From Octopus vulgaris (Eukaryota), in assembly GCA_951406725.2 (NCBI GenBank), contig OX597817.1, positions 158,844,001 to 158,908,000 on the forward strand: 64,000 bases of DNA. Direction: 5' to 3'. Below the pieces are notes generated by a model. The model searched no databases. It was given only the letters and a program-made list of their open reading frames with translations, and was not told where the DNA came from. Of the stretch, positions 12,746-25,935 are shown piece after piece; position 1 is the stretch's first letter; each line of letters opens with the position of its first letter. A program made the translations under genes and the position numbers.

Positions 12746-12965
12746 CCCTTTAGCATTTAAACCGGCCATATCTGGCCAAAAGTATTCTGCCTGTTTTATG
12801 GTCAGACTGGCCAGATCTGGTCTCTCACACTAACCCTACAATATCATTTTAAAAATTACAGGTACCTCATCAAAATCTCATAGATTCAAGATAATGCATG
12901 ATTAGTTCAAAACAATTTAGATAAAAAAGGATTAATTTTGGCAGAATAATGCGAACACTAAAGGG
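12746..12965. mobile_element. piggyBac-like MITE (TTAA target, CCCTTTAG TIR)
   Basis: TTAA|CCCTTTAG...CTAAAGGG|TTAA; related copies at ~4709-4943, 5558-5811, 18309-18518, 25260-25469, 39003-39231. Confidence 0.8.
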
Positions 12966-13399
12966 TTAAAACAGTAGATTGTAGAAGGCATTTAGGAAGG
13001 GCATCCAGGCGTTAGGAAGGGCATCCAGCTGTAGAAACATTGACAGATAAGACTGGAGCCTGGTGCAGCCTTCAGGCTTCCCAGATCCCCGGTCGAACCG
13101 TCCAACCCATGCTAGCATGGAGAACGGACGTTAAACGATGATGATGTAGAACATTTAGTTCATCATCATCTACAGTCTATTTAACCATATTTGCATTAAT
13201 CAGATGGAATCTTATTGAGGCATATTTTCTACAGCCAGGCCTTTTCATGTTGCTAAACTTCACCAATTTTCAGCTAATGTAATATTTCCCCATGGCCAAA
13301 CATGTCTTTCAGGAAAGGCTAGAAACAAACAGCATTACTTGTACGTCAGTGATGTGATACCCATTTTTAATCGCAATATGACATTGAGACAAGGGGTAA

Positions 13400-13430
<31 letters not shown>

Positions 13431-13465
13431 TACATACACATACATTCATGGGGTTCTTTCAGTTT

Positions 13466-14730
13466 CTTATTTCTTTACTGCCCACAAGGGGCTACATACA
13501 GAGGGGACAAACGGATTAAGTCGATTATATCGACCCCAGTGCGTAACTGGTACTTATTTCATCGACCCCGAAAGGATGAAAGGCAAAGTCAACCTCAGCG
13601 GAATTTGAACTCAGAACGTAACGGCAGACGAAATACCTATTTCTTTACTACCCACAAGGGGCTAAACACAGAGGGGACAGACAAACGGATTGAGTCAATT
13701 ACATCGACCCTAGTGCATAACTGGTACTTATTTCATTGACCCTGAAAGGATGAAAGGCAAAGTCAACCTCAGCGGAATTTGAACTCAGAACGTAACGGCA
13801 GACGAAATACCTATTTCTTTACTACCCACAAGGGGCTAAACACAGAGGGGACAGACAAACGGATTGAGTCAATTACATCGACCCTAGTGCATAACTGGTA
13901 CTTATTTCATTGACCCTGAAAGGATGAAAGGCAAAGTCAACCTCAGCGGAATTTGAACTCAGAACGTAACGGCAGACGAAATACCTATTTCTTTACTACC
14001 CACAAGGGGCTAAACACAGAGGGGACAGACAAACGGATTGAGTCAATTACATCGACCCTAGTGCATAACTGGTACTTATTTCATTGACCCTGAAAGGATG
14101 AAAGGCAAAGTCAACCTCAGTGGAATTTGAACTCAGAACGTAACGGCAGACGAAATACCTATTTCTTTACTACCCACAAGGGGCTAAACACAGAGGGGAC
14201 AGACAAACGGATTGAGTCAATTACATCGACCCTAGTGCATAACTGGTACTTATTTCATTGACCCTGAAAGGATGAAAGGCAAAGTCAACCTCAGCGGAAT
14301 TTGAACTCAGAACGTAACGGCAGACGAAATACCTATTTCTTTACTACCCACAAGGGGCTAAACACAGAGGGGACAGACAAACGGATTGAGTCAATTACAT
14401 CGACCCTAGTGCATAACTGGTACTTATTTCATTGACCCTGAAAGGATGAAAGGCAAAGTCAACCTCAGCGGAATTTGAACTCAGAACGTAACGGCAGACG
14501 AAATACCTATTTCTTTACTACCCACAAGGGGCTAAACACAGAGGGGACAGACAAACGGATTGAGTCAATTACATCGACCCTAGTGCATAACTGGTACTTA
14601 TTTCATTGACCCTGAAAGGATGAAAGGCAAAGTCAACCTCAGCGGAATTTGAACTCAGAACGTAACAGCAGACGAAATACTGCTAAACATTTTGCCTGGC
14701 GTGCTAACGTTTCTGCCAGCTTGCCGCCTA
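13466..14730 (-). repeat. SINE family B concatemer: one head plus seven bodies (six at exact 174-bp period)
   Basis: GAAATAC ends at 13636, 13810, 13984, 14158, 14332, 14506, 14680; 18-bp TSD-like repeat ATGGG(G/C)TTCTTTCAGTTT at 13448-13465 and 14733-14750. Confidence 0.92.
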
Positions 14731-15109
14731 AAATGGGCTTCTTTCAGTTTTTGTCTTTATGCACAAGACTTTGGTCAGCCAAAGGCTACACTTGAAGGCA
14801 CCAAAGTGTTGCACAGGGGTACTGAACCCAACCCCACGTAGTTGGGAAGGAAGCTTCTTAACTACAACCATGTCTGCATTTTTAATAGAATTATTGCATA
14901 GAGACTCCCTTTTATGATTCAGTAAATATACCGTTCATGAGTTGTCAAGTTGTTCCCATAGTATTTCAGCTTTTGGGGCAAAGGGATTTTTTACCGCTGT
15001 TTTCCATCATTTTTGGATTGGTGCTTTCTGCATCCCACTGATCTCATCCCTGTCTATGTCTCAACATCATTGAACTGATCTCTTCTTAGTTACCTAATTA
15101 CCCTCTTCC

Positions 15110-15437
15110 CTTTGGCACTTGTGCCAGTGGCATGCGAAAAACAACATTCGAATGAGGTCATTGCCAATGCCGCTGGACTGGCTCTTGTGCAGTTGGCACA
15201 TAAAAAACACCATTTGAGCGTGGCCATTGCCAGTACCGCCTAACTGGCCCTCGTGCCGCTGGCACGTAAAAGCACTCACTACACTCTTGGAGTGGTTGGC
15301 GTTAGGAAGGGAATCCAGCTGTAGAAACTCTGCCAGATCAGATTGGAGCCTGGTGCAGCCATCTGGTTCACCAGTCCTCAATCAAATCGTCCAACCCATG
15401 CTAGCATGGAAAGCGGACGTTAAATAATGATGATGAT
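15110..15437 (+). mobile_element. RTE 3'-end repeat (family C)
   Basis: Same consensus as 8140-8543; further copies at ~16050-16377, 22635-22938, 52170-52475, 53555-53853 (+). Confidence 0.8.
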
Positions 15438-16859
15438 TATATTTTCAAGTGATCCAAACCACTGCATCTTTTTTTCATCTTGCCATTTCAATGTCTCTCT
15501 CTCTTCCCAAGCGACACACTAAATCGTCCTAAAGCTGACTGGTAAGATGGTGAGCTGACAGAATCATTAGCATGTTTGGGTTTTAGTATCCCACTAAGAT
15601 CAACTTTGCTTTTCATCCCTTCAGGGTTGATGAAATAAAATACCGATCAAGTATTGGGGTCAGTGTCCTCTCCCCACCAAATTACTGACCTCGTACCCTG
15701 CAATGGACTGGTGTCTCATTCAAGGACAATGTTGTCACCTCATTCACTTACTTGACATGGAAACTAATTAACCAGCTTTATGAGCTCTATAGCTCAAGGA
15801 AAAAAAAAATACTGACCATATAGTATTTATACATAATGTCAAGAATTTTGTGAAAGCTCCTCATTTCAGATGAAGACAATTTGCTCTCAATGTGTTTCTG
15901 TTTTCTTTTTAATATATGCACGTAGGCAATGAGCTGGCAGAATTGTTAGCACACTGAGCAAAATGCTTGGCTGCATTTCATCTGTCTTTGTTCTGAGTTC
16001 AAAATCCACGTGCGTCAACATCAGCATCAAAATAAAAAGCAAATGGAAATTGTGCTGGTGGCATGTGAAAAGCAACATCCGAACGTGGCTGATGCCAGCG
16101 ATGCCTGACTGGCGTCCGTGTCGCTGACATGTATAAAGCACCAACCGATCATGGCCGTTTGCCAGCCTCCTCTGGCCCCTGTGCTGGTGGCATGTAAAAA
16201 AGCACCCACTACACTCACGGAGTGGTTGGCATTAGGAAGGGCATCCAGCTGTAGAGACACTGCCAGATCAGACTGGAGCCTGGCGCAGCCTCCTAGCTTC
16301 CCAGACTCCAGTCGAACAATCCAATCCATGCTATCATGGAAAACGGCTGTTAAACAATGATGATGATGATGATGATGTTGACTTTGCCTTTCATCCTTTT
16401 GGAATCAATGAAATAAGTACCTATTTCTTTATTACCCACAAGGGGCTAAACACAGAGGGGACAAACAAGGACAGACATAGGTATTAAGTCGATTACATCG
16501 ACCCCAGTGCGTAACTGGTACTTAATTTATCGACCCCGAAAGGATGAAAGGCAAAGTCAACCTCGGCGGAATTTGAACTCACAACGTAACGCAGACGAAA
16601 TACCGCTAAGCATTTCGCCCGGCGTGCTAACGTTTCTGCCAGCTTTGGGTGGGGTGTCGATGTAATCAACTGGCCCCCTCCTCCAATGTTGCTGGCCTTG
16701 TGCCAAATTTTGAAATCACTATATGCATGTCTCACATCCATACAATACAATTACTCTTATAAAAGGTTTGTATCAGTCATAGTTTGTTGCTTGTTGCAGT
16801 TTTCTTGCTGCTCCGGGTCTCATGAATCTTTGTTAATTTTTAAACATTTCTATTTTCAG

Positions 16860-17002
16860 TCGGTCATTTAATCGAACAGTGTGCAGAAGTGCAGCCATTG
16901 ATTGTTGATTCCTACCCACAGGTCTGTAATATACTACACAAACACATAAGTTTGGCCCTCAATGTAAACACTACCTCTGACCTTCTCTATTCAACTGTCA
17001 AG
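16860..17002 (+). CDS. THADA: THADA-like exon 4 (GHLIEQCAEVQPLIV...LLYSTVK)
   Basis: tattttcag| acceptor, AAG|gtaaac donor, phase 1 to 0, open frame. Confidence 0.8.
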
Positions 17003-17415
17003 GTAAACCTTATATTTTCATTGTTCCTTTTATCCCTTTTATTCAAATCTTAGTGAAGGTGCATGGCTTAGTGGTTAAGGTATTTAGCTCGTGATCATAA
17101 ATCTGTAAATTTGATTTCTAACAGCCTGTTGTGCCCTTGAGCAAAACACTTTATTTCTCGTTGCTCCAGTTCACTCAGCTGGCTAAAATAAGTGGTACCT
17201 GTAATTCAAAGGGCCAGCCTTGTCACATTCTGTATCCTACTGAATCTCTCTGAGAACTATGTTAAGAGCACTCGTATCTGTGGAGTACTCAGCCACTTGC
17301 GTGTTAATTTCATGAGCAGGTTGTTCCATTGATCTTATCAACTGGAATACTCATTGTCACAAACCAATATTCAGTGCCAATATTCAGTCTCTCATAAAAC
17401 GGCTGAGTGGATATA

Positions 17416-17650
17416 TATTTCTTTACTACCCACAAGGGGCTAAACACAGAGAGGACAAACAAGGACAGACAAAGGGATTAAGTTGATTACATCAACCCCA
17501 GTGCGCAACTGGTACTTAATTTATCGACCCCGAAAGGATGAAAGGTAAAGTTGACCTCGGCGGAATTTGAACTCAGAACGTAACGGCAGACGAAAAACGG
17601 CCACGCATTTCGCCCGGCGTGCTAACATTTCTGCCAGCTCGCCGCCTTAA
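17416..17650 (-). mobile_element. SINE family B monomer with 15-bp TSD GGCTGAGTGGATATA
   Basis: Direct repeat at 17401-17415 and 17653-17667. Confidence 0.87.
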
Positions 17651-18151
17651 GTGGCTGAGTGGATATAGTATTAGTTTGCTAGTTTAAAAGCCTTGAGTTC
17701 ATTTCCTCCGCAAGCATTTTGTTATGTATTTGATCATTACTCTTAATTTTATTTAGTGATTCTACTTTGACATTGAAAGCAAATATCAGATCATCTGGGA
17801 AGGTGTTTAAGGAAAAAAGTAACCTGAAATTAGAATATCAAGCATAAAATCACAGCAGATATGATGTTAAGTTGTTGGGGTGTTGGATACATAGGGATAT
17901 GTTTTAAATCAGGTTACAGTCATTGTTTTATGACTAATACAATAATCTACATACCTTTCAGTCTGCCAGTCAGAGAACAGGTTTTACACCTTTTTGACTG
18001 TTGATAAAAAGAATATCTAACTCTAGAAATATTTACTCTGATAATATTACTGCATACACCATCTCATCATTGTAAGAACAATGAAGTACCACTTCATGTA
18101 CTGTAAAATAACCTAGATTAGAACTTTCACCATACAGCAACAGCCTATATA

Positions 18152-18566
18152 CAGGGTGTCACAGAAGTTGCTCACCACCGTGGTTTTTAAAAGAATACAT
18201 CCTTATTGATTTCAAAAACACTTTATTGCAATTAATTGTAACAAATGCTCAAATTGAGCACCCTCTACAATAAAACATACAGAAAAAAATATAACAAAAT
18301 AAAATGCTTTAACCCTTTAGTATTTAAACAGCCATATCTGGCCAAAATAGCTAAACTGACCGGATCCAGGCTCTCACACCTACCCTACAATGTTATTCTA
18401 CATTAAGTAATTACACCATCAAGATCTTGAAGATATGAGATAATGCATGATTAATTCAAATCAATGTGAATCAGTAAACATTATGTTTGATTGAATAATC
18501 TGAACACTAGAGGGTTAATTATTTTAAATGAAAACCAGAATGGTGCGTGACTTCTGGGGCACCCTG
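18152..18566. mobile_element. Tc1/mariner-type MITE with nested piggyBac-like MITE
   Basis: TA|CAGGGTGTCACAGAAGT...ACTTCTGGGGCACCCTG|TA imperfect TIRs; TTAA-bounded insert at 18309-18518. Confidence 0.72.
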
Positions 18567-18833
18567 TATTTATAGAACTAAGAAATACCATACTAGGCAG
18601 GGGCATGGTTGAGTGGCTAAGAAGCTTGCTTCCCAATCATGTCATCTCAGGTTCGGTCCTACTGCATAACACCTTGGGCAAGTATCTTCTACTATAGCCC
18701 CAGACTGACCAAAAACCTTATGAGTGGATTTATTCAACAGAAACTGAAAAAAAGAACTCGTGTATATACATGTATATGTATGTGTACTCTTGTCCTGATA
18801 TCATGTGATAATTATAAACTAGCATCTATTGAT

Positions 18834-19044
18834 ATACTCTTTTACTCTTTACTCTTTTACTTGTTTCAGTCATTTGACTGTGGCCATGCTGGAGCACCGC
18901 CTTTAGTCGAGCAAATCGACCCAAAGACTTATTCTTTGTAAGCCTAGTACTTATTCTATCGGTCTCTTTTGCCAAACCGCTAAGTTATGGGGACGTAAAC
19001 ACACCGGCATTGGTTGTCAAGCGATGTTGGGGGGACAAACACAG

Positions 19045-19081
<37 letters not shown>

Positions 19082-19252
19082 CATATATACGACAGGCTTC
19101 TGTCAGTTTCCGTCTACCAAATCCACTCACAAGGCTTTGGTCAGCCAGAGGCTATAGTAGAAGACACTTGCCCAAGGTGCCACGCAGTGGGACTGAACCC
19201 GGAACCATGTGGTTAGTAAGCAAGCTATTTACCACACCTCCACTTTTATGCC
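18834..19252 (-). mobile_element. SINE family A
   Basis: Reverse complement of family A consensus. Confidence 0.85.
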
Positions 19253-19395
19253 TATATATTGATTGAATTACTTTGATTGTCTAGATGCTGTCTCAATTTA
19301 TTTTCCTTTCACAATGATATCTTACCTTCTCCCACATGATGACACTGGTACTTATTAAACACATTCCTTGTCATTTATGCCTGTTATACTTTCAG

Positions 19396-19521
19396 ACCTC
19401 ACTGGTGCTGTTTCAACATTTTCCTCAGCAAACCAAATTACATCTCAGTCTTCAAGTCAATGACACATCCTCACCACTCACTTCATTGGTACAAAGCCTA
19501 CTGGTAGTACTTGCAGAATCG
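19396..19521 (+). CDS. THADA: THADA-like exon 5 (TSLVLFQHFPQQ...LVVLAES)
   Basis: ctttcag| acceptor, TCG|gtaagc donor, phase 0 to 0. Confidence 0.82.
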
Positions 19522-19718
19522 GTAAGCTTTATTTTAATCCAACACTTCCTTCTATTGTATGTTGTGGACCACAAGTATATATGAATATGTGTGTGCATAT
19601 GCATAAGTATAAGCAGTGTGTGTGTGTGTGTGTGCACGCATGTGTCATCATCGGTGCAATATGAACTGCAAATATGTAAGCTGTGTGTGTATGTGTTTAT
19701 ATAGAGAGAAACAGAAAG

Positions 19719-20197
19719 ATATATATTTCATTTTTGGATTTGGTTTGCAAGATTCTTTATGTGAGTTCGTGTGTTGAAGCATATTCTGTTGTGTCTGGTG
19801 AGAGTCATTCTCTTTTAGTAAAATTTCCACTCGTTTACTTATTTATTTTTCTAAAATTTTTGTTGCGTCTTGCAACCTTTTGAATAGTTTACTGAAAAGG
19901 TTGCAAGACACAACGAAAATTTTAGAAAAAATAAAGAAGGATCATCATCATCGTTTAGCGTCCGTTTTCCATGCTAGCATGGGTTGGACGGTTCTACTGG
20001 GGTCTGTGAAGCCAGAAGGCTTCATCAAGCCCAGTCAAATCTGGCAGTGTTTCTACGGCTGGATGCCCTTCCTAACGCCAACCACTCTGTGAGTGTAGTG
20101 GGTGCTTTTTACGTGCCACCCGCACAGGTGCCAGTGGAAATTTTACTGGTGAGTGTGTTAAATTATAAGGCACTAAAAGAGAATGACTCTCTCCAGA
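19719..20197. mobile_element. Inverted-duplicated Penelope-like fragment interrupted by family C insertion (19941-20133)
   Basis: Arms 19842-19881 / 19895-19934 are inverted; 20134-20197 pairs with 19793-19830; degenerate hammerhead-like fold. Confidence 0.5.
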
Positions 20198-20460
20198 TAT
20201 ATGAGGGAGAAATAGATTCATGTTTGTATCTGTGTGTATGTATGTTTCTTGGTAGAAACAATTTTTTTTTTAATTAATATCATCATCATCTATTTGACAG
20301 TGAAGCTAAAAGGACTATGCTACTCCATCCTGGCACCTGTTTAAAGGGATTCTGTTATTTTTTTCCCAACTAACTGTTGAGAAGTGGGATAAAAATGTGA
20401 CCCTGTTTTACTTCTTTTCTTGTCAGTAGTGGGACTATCATGCCTAATCTATCTTTTCAG

Positions 20461-20578
20461 CACTGTAGTTCCGAAACCGTCCTGCTTGCAGGTACTGCCT
20501 ATTCCATGATGCTAAATTCTCTGCCTTGTAGTCCTGTTACTATCTGCAGTCTCTTCTGGAGTAGTTTGACCATCTTAA
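20461..20578 (+). CDS. THADA: THADA-like exon 6 (HCSSETVLLAGTAYSMMLN...)
   Basis: cttttcag| acceptor, A|gtaagt donor, phase 0 to 1. Confidence 0.82.
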
Positions 20579-21121
20579 GTAAGTGGGCATTGCTTTCTCA
20601 TCCTTTAACATTATCCTTATAATTGTCACTATTATTGTAATCGCAATTTTTATCATCACTTTACTAATATAGTTAACAGTGTATTTCCATCTCTTTGTCC
20701 ATCACCAAAACTTATAATCATTTTAATGATTCTGCTGATCCACCTCCCCCATATAAAGGTGATAGTAATTGTTTCAAATTTTGGCATAAGGTTGGTAGTT
20801 TTAGTGGAGAATTAAGTTGATTACATCAACCCCAGTGTTCCACTGGGACTTATTTTGTTGACCCTGAAAGGATGAAAGGCAAAGACAAACTTGGTAAGAT
20901 TTGAACTCAGAACATAATGAGCCAAAAGATATGCCAACCTTCTAATGATTCTGCCAGCTCTCTGCCTTTTGTTGGATATTGATAATAATAACAATAACCT
21001 TTGAACAAAAATTAAGCATAGAAAATCTTGTTTGAAATTATTAAAAATTTCTAGAATTAACTTTTGTGTTATATATTTGATCCGAATTTTTAAAATATTT
21101 TCATTTTTTTTGTTATCTTAG

Positions 21122-21413
21122 ATCAGCACAAAAAATTTTTAAACTGGGAGCAAATCTTGAGAAACAGTGTAGACTTTGAGAAGAAGTCTCCTCACATTGG
21201 TGCAATTCGTAGCGACAAATTTGGATGTCTCTCTCTCGTCCGTGGTTTCATTTCTTCTACTGAGAATCCTTTTCTTTTGCTAGAGGAACATATTGAGGGA
21301 ACCAACATGAATGTTCCTCTAATTATGAGATTGTTCTTTACCATTTATAAAATGTGCAAAACCATCTCACTAGACTACCACAGTTTCAACTTACTACACA
21401 TCTGGTACAGCAG
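21122..21413 (+). CDS. THADA: THADA-like exon 7 (QHKKFLNWEQ...LLHIWYS)
   Basis: ttatcttag| acceptor, AG|gtaaca donor, phase 1 to 2, 292-nt open frame. Confidence 0.85.
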
Positions 21414-22145
21414 GTAACACATTTCATTTTATTACATACTTAATATTGCAAATAACATGGTATTTTATCTTACAGGTCCCCTTACGTTTAACACAGATTA
21501 ATTTCCTATCAATGAATGGTTGGTCCACATTATTCCCTAATGAGTATAGGGCAGGTTTCCCAGTTTCTCTGGCATATATATTTCTCCCTGGATGGGATGC
21601 TCGTCTCTTGCAGCATTACTCATTTTTATCAGCCAAGTGGACTGGAGCAAACTGAAAGGAAGTGTTTTGCTCAAGAACACAATGCATCGCACAGTCCAAA
21701 AACTAAAACTCTTTTTACTCTTTTACTTGTTTCAGTCATTTGACTGTGGCCATGCTGGAGCACCGCCTTTAGTCGAGCAAATCGATCCCAGGACATATTC
21801 TTTGTAAGCCTAGTACTTATTCTATCGGTCACTTTTGCCTATATCGACAACTTGCTGGAGGATACTGGTATGGAAAGGGTACAGGAGCTGAGGACCATTA
21901 TGGAAGATCGAGATGAAAGGGGGGAAAATGTGTGGAAATGGTCTTGGGGCAACCTATGGGATGACCTAGATGAGATAAATGAGATTTTTTAAAGAGCATT
22001 GTAGTTCACTTGAAGCATTGTAAGATTCCCTTTTTCTATATAATTTTTTATTTTATTCAAATTTCACTTTCCTTTTTCTTTTCTTTAATTTGAGGGTTTT
22101 CAATTTTAATATAGAATTTTCTTCTTTTTTTTTCTTCTCTCTTAG

Positions 22146-22461
22146 GTATTTGAGACTTCTTCCTGAACTCTATATTAAGAACTCATCTGGTTTCTCCCAA
22201 GAAAATCGAGAGAAACTTGAAAGCCAATCTCTGGAGTTAATATGGTTGCATTGGGACAGCCCAGTTGAAGGTGTGTCAGAGACTGTTTCCAATATATTCC
22301 ACATCATGTGTCAGATTTGGCATGTAGAGCGCAGTCTTGGCAGTCAAGATGGCAATGCTTTGCCACAAAAACTGCTTCAGAGGTTGATTACATTACCTTG
22401 GTATGTGAAAGGGAAATATAAGTTGATGAGTTCTCTGCTTCAGTTTTTGGAATACAACAAT
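22146..22461 (+). CDS. THADA: THADA-like exon 8 (YLRLLPE...WLHWDSPVEGV...WYVKGKY...YNN)
   Basis: ctctcttag| acceptor, AAT|gtaagt donor; WxxKGKY motif typical of THADA. Confidence 0.9.
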
Positions 22462-22986
22462 GTAAGTAAATTATTCTCCTTAAATTTCACCTCAGCAATC
22501 TTTTTTCCTTTGAGGTCTGAGTTATCTCAGAACACCATCACACATCTTGAAAATGTATATAAAATACAATTGACTAATGACGTGATTTACCTGAGACGTT
22601 CGAAATTGTAGATGATCAAATGGAAATTGTAGTTGAATACCTGTGCCGGTGGCACATAAAAAGCACCATCTAAACATGGCCGATGCCAGCGCCGCTTTGA
22701 CTGGCTTCCATGCATATAAGAGCACCAACCGATCGTGGTCGTTGCCAGCCTCCCCTGGCACGTAAAAAGCACCCACTACACTCATGGAGTGGTTGGCGTT
22801 AGGAAGGGCATCCAGCTGTAGAAACACTGCCAGATCAGACTGGAGCCTGGTAGAGCCATCTGGTTTGCCAGTCCTTAGTCAAATCGTCCAACCCATGCTA
22901 GCATGGAATACGGACATTAAACGATGATGATGATGATGTTATGTAACATATTTACCAGTCAAAGATACAGTTTACATTCAATAGAG

Positions 22987-23565
22987 CAGTGCTTCTCAAA
23001 CTATCTGTTGCGGCATACTGGCAGTTTTCTTTTCCAATGTGCCAGGGACCAGTAATATTTCTTAGTAATATTAATTTATACCGGAAACTATATATATAAT
23101 GAATATAATAAAAGTTGACAGTTTATTTTGTAAACAACTAATACAATATTATGAGAGTTGCTGAAGCATGGAACAAACTGCCGGCATCAGTTGTTAGTTG
23201 TCGGAGCACTGCATCCTTCAAAACTTCCATGCTTCCTGAGATTCGCCAACACTACACTTGATTTTCTCCCCTCCATACACACACAAGCATGTATCTGACT
23301 CATACACTGTTCACTTTTCAGACATTTCTACATTACTGCATGTACTTTATATGCACTTTCTGACAAGTTGTGGTGCACCTGAGCACTGTATACAATAATT
23401 TCATTATATATATTATAAACTGAAAAGTTGTTTACTGCAGTGCATAAGGTGAAATAACTGAAATTATGCTATTGTTTCCTTCTTTTCTGGAAACTCACAG
23501 AATACCAGCAGCTGATAGCTTGCAGACCAGCACCAGTCTGCTGACCACCACTTTGAGTAGCACTG
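22987..23565. mobile_element. hAT (Charlie-like) MITE with nested CR1 3' fragment (~23149-23410)
   Basis: TIRs CAGTGCTTCTCAAA / TTTGAGTAGCACTG; perfect 8-bp TSD CAATAGAG (22979-22986, 23566-23573). Confidence 0.88.
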
Positions 23566-23601
23566 CAATAGAGGACCATATTTATAATCATACTATATAT
23601 G

Positions 23602-23923
23602 TGAAAGCGTGTGGCTTAGTAGTTAGGGCATTCGGCTGACGATTGTAAGGTCGTGAGTTTGATTCCCGGTGACGCGTTGTGTCCTTGAGCAAGACATTTT
23701 ATTTCACATTGCTCCAGTCCACTCAGCCGGCAAAATTGAGTTGTACCTGTATTTCAAAGGGCCGGCCTTGTCACACTTTGTGTCACACTGAATCTCCCTG
23801 AGGACTACATTAAGGGTACACGTGTCTGTGGAATACTAAGTCACTTGCACGTTAATTTCATGAGCAGGCTGTTCTGTTGATCGTATCAGCTGGGACCCTT
23901 GTCATCATAACCAATGGAGTGCT
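23602..23923 (+). mobile_element. tRNA-derived SINE family D
   Basis: TGGCTTAGTAGTT A box, GAGTTTGATTCCC B box, GTCCTTGAGCAAGAC CORE-like motif; copies at 17055-17365 and (interrupted) 60880-61328. Confidence 0.82.
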
Positions 23924-24910
23924 CCTTTTTTTATTTATAAAACCAGTTTTTTTGTTAAAACCCCATGTGACTAACAATCAAAGAATCACAATTCTGACTG
24001 AGTTGAACACGATTACATTTTGGTGCAACCAGATCCACAAATATTCTCTGAATAAGCATGTCTATATATCAGTCAGTATTAGAATAAATCAAGCAGCCTG
24101 AGCAACTTTATATAATGTGCCAGTACCACGTAAAGAACACCTGTGTTGATGCTACATAAAAACCGCTTGTGCTGGTACCACATGCCACAGAGAAAGCACC
24201 CATCACACTCTGTAAGATGGTTGGCATTAGGAAGGGTGGCCAGCCATAGAAATCATATCAAAACAGACATGGAGCCTGGGCAGCTCTTCAACTGGCCAGC
24301 ACCTGTCAAAGCATCCAACTCATGCCAGCATAGAAAACAGATGTAAAATGACATTGATAATGATGATGTTAATAATGACCGTAGAACATGAATTATTTTT
24401 GATTCCAAACAAATACCATCTGTTTGAAAACGTCCATGCTCAAGATAATAATCTGATGTTAGAAGCTTTTTTCAATTTATATTCTAAATGCTAAATTAAA
24501 TTAATATTCTATTGAAACACTCCAAATTCTTGTTTATTTTCACGATTTATTGAAGGTTAGAACAATTAACTTGTAATTTATGAAACTAAAACAATTGTCA
24601 AAAGAGTTCATATGATATGAGTATATTTCTGGCCTTGTACGAGAAAACTTTTTTCCGTCGAGGGCTTATATACCCCATTATTAGCCTATTTTCGTTAGTC
24701 ACTGTGTGGTGATTGATTATAGGCTTTAAGATTATGAAATACTATCATTATTATTGTTGTTGTTGTTGTTGTTGTTGTTATAATTGTATATATACATATA
24801 TATGTATATATATATTATGCATATAATTACATATTCATTTTTCATTTGTGGTGATGGTGGTTATTATGATGATAAATACATTGAAAGATATTTTTTACAT
24901 TATATTTCAG

Positions 24911-25023
24911 GCATTCTCTAACCTGGAAGAAGTGAAATCACAGTTGGTTATGTGTATGGCTACGAATCATCTGGTAACTTCTGCTAGCGAGGTTTACCGT
25001 GTTTACATGACCAAACTTGCTCT
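24911..25023 (+). CDS. THADA: THADA-like exon 9 (AFSNLEEVKSQLVMCMATNHL...)
   Basis: atttcag| acceptor, CT|gtgagt donor, phase 0 to 2. Confidence 0.85.
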
Positions 25024-25478
25024 GTGAGTCTTTTGTAAGGACATTTTGCCACTGACTGCAGTCTAATATCTTACTTTTGAATTCTGTGTGTGTGTGTGTG
25101 TGTGCATATGTCTGTCAGATGGTGGTGGTGCTGCTGCACAATTATACATGCATACACATTGTAGCACACATCCAGTCATTAAACTAATGAGCAATGATCC
25201 ACTCATTAAGGGTGGATCATTGCCAATTAGTTTAATGACAAACAATTTCCTTCCCTTCACCTTCTAACATTCAGATTACTTTTTCAAATCTAATGCTTAT
25301 TTATTAACACTGTTTTGAATTAATCATGCTTTGAGATTTTGATTATGTGTTTGTTTAATTTTAAAATGACATTGCAGGGAAGTTGTGAGAGGCCTAATCA
25401 GTCAGTTTGAACACAAAACAGGTAGATTATTTGGGCCAGATATGGCCCGTTTGAATGCTAAAGGGTTAACTCTCCTAT

Positions 25479-25935
25479 TGCCATTGCATGGTCTCTGATC
25501 TTTCAAAATAGCTTTCTGTGTACCTTCTATACCCATATAGGCGCAGGAGTGGCTGTGTGGTAAGTAGCTTGCTTTCCAATCACATGGTTCCAGGTTCAGT
25601 CTCGTTGTGTGGCACCTTGGGCAAGTTCTTCCACTATAGCCTCGGGCTGACCAAAGCCTTGTGAGTGGATTTGGTAGAAAGAAACTGAAAGAAGCCTGTT
25701 GTATATATGTGTATGTATGCATGTGTATATGTTTGTGTGTCTGTGTTTGTCACCCCAATATCGCTCAACAACCGATGCTGGTGTGTTTATGTCCTCTGTA
25801 ACTTAGCGGTTCGGCAAAAGAGACCGATAGAATAAGTACTAGGCTTACAAAGAATAAGTCCTGGGGTCGATTTGCTCAACTAAAGGTGGTGCTCCAGCAT
25901 GGCCGCAGTCAAATGACTGAAACAAGTAAAAGAGT
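25479..25935 (+). mobile_element. SINE family A
   Basis: Matches family A consensus end to end. Confidence 0.85.

Noticed and set aside
13466-14730. Hammerhead-containing retrozyme array
   Set aside because: Unit size fits, but the only candidate (CTGAAAGGATGAAA) lacks a proper core and stems, and other family copies read CCCGAAAGG. The unit is a tRNA-SINE body.
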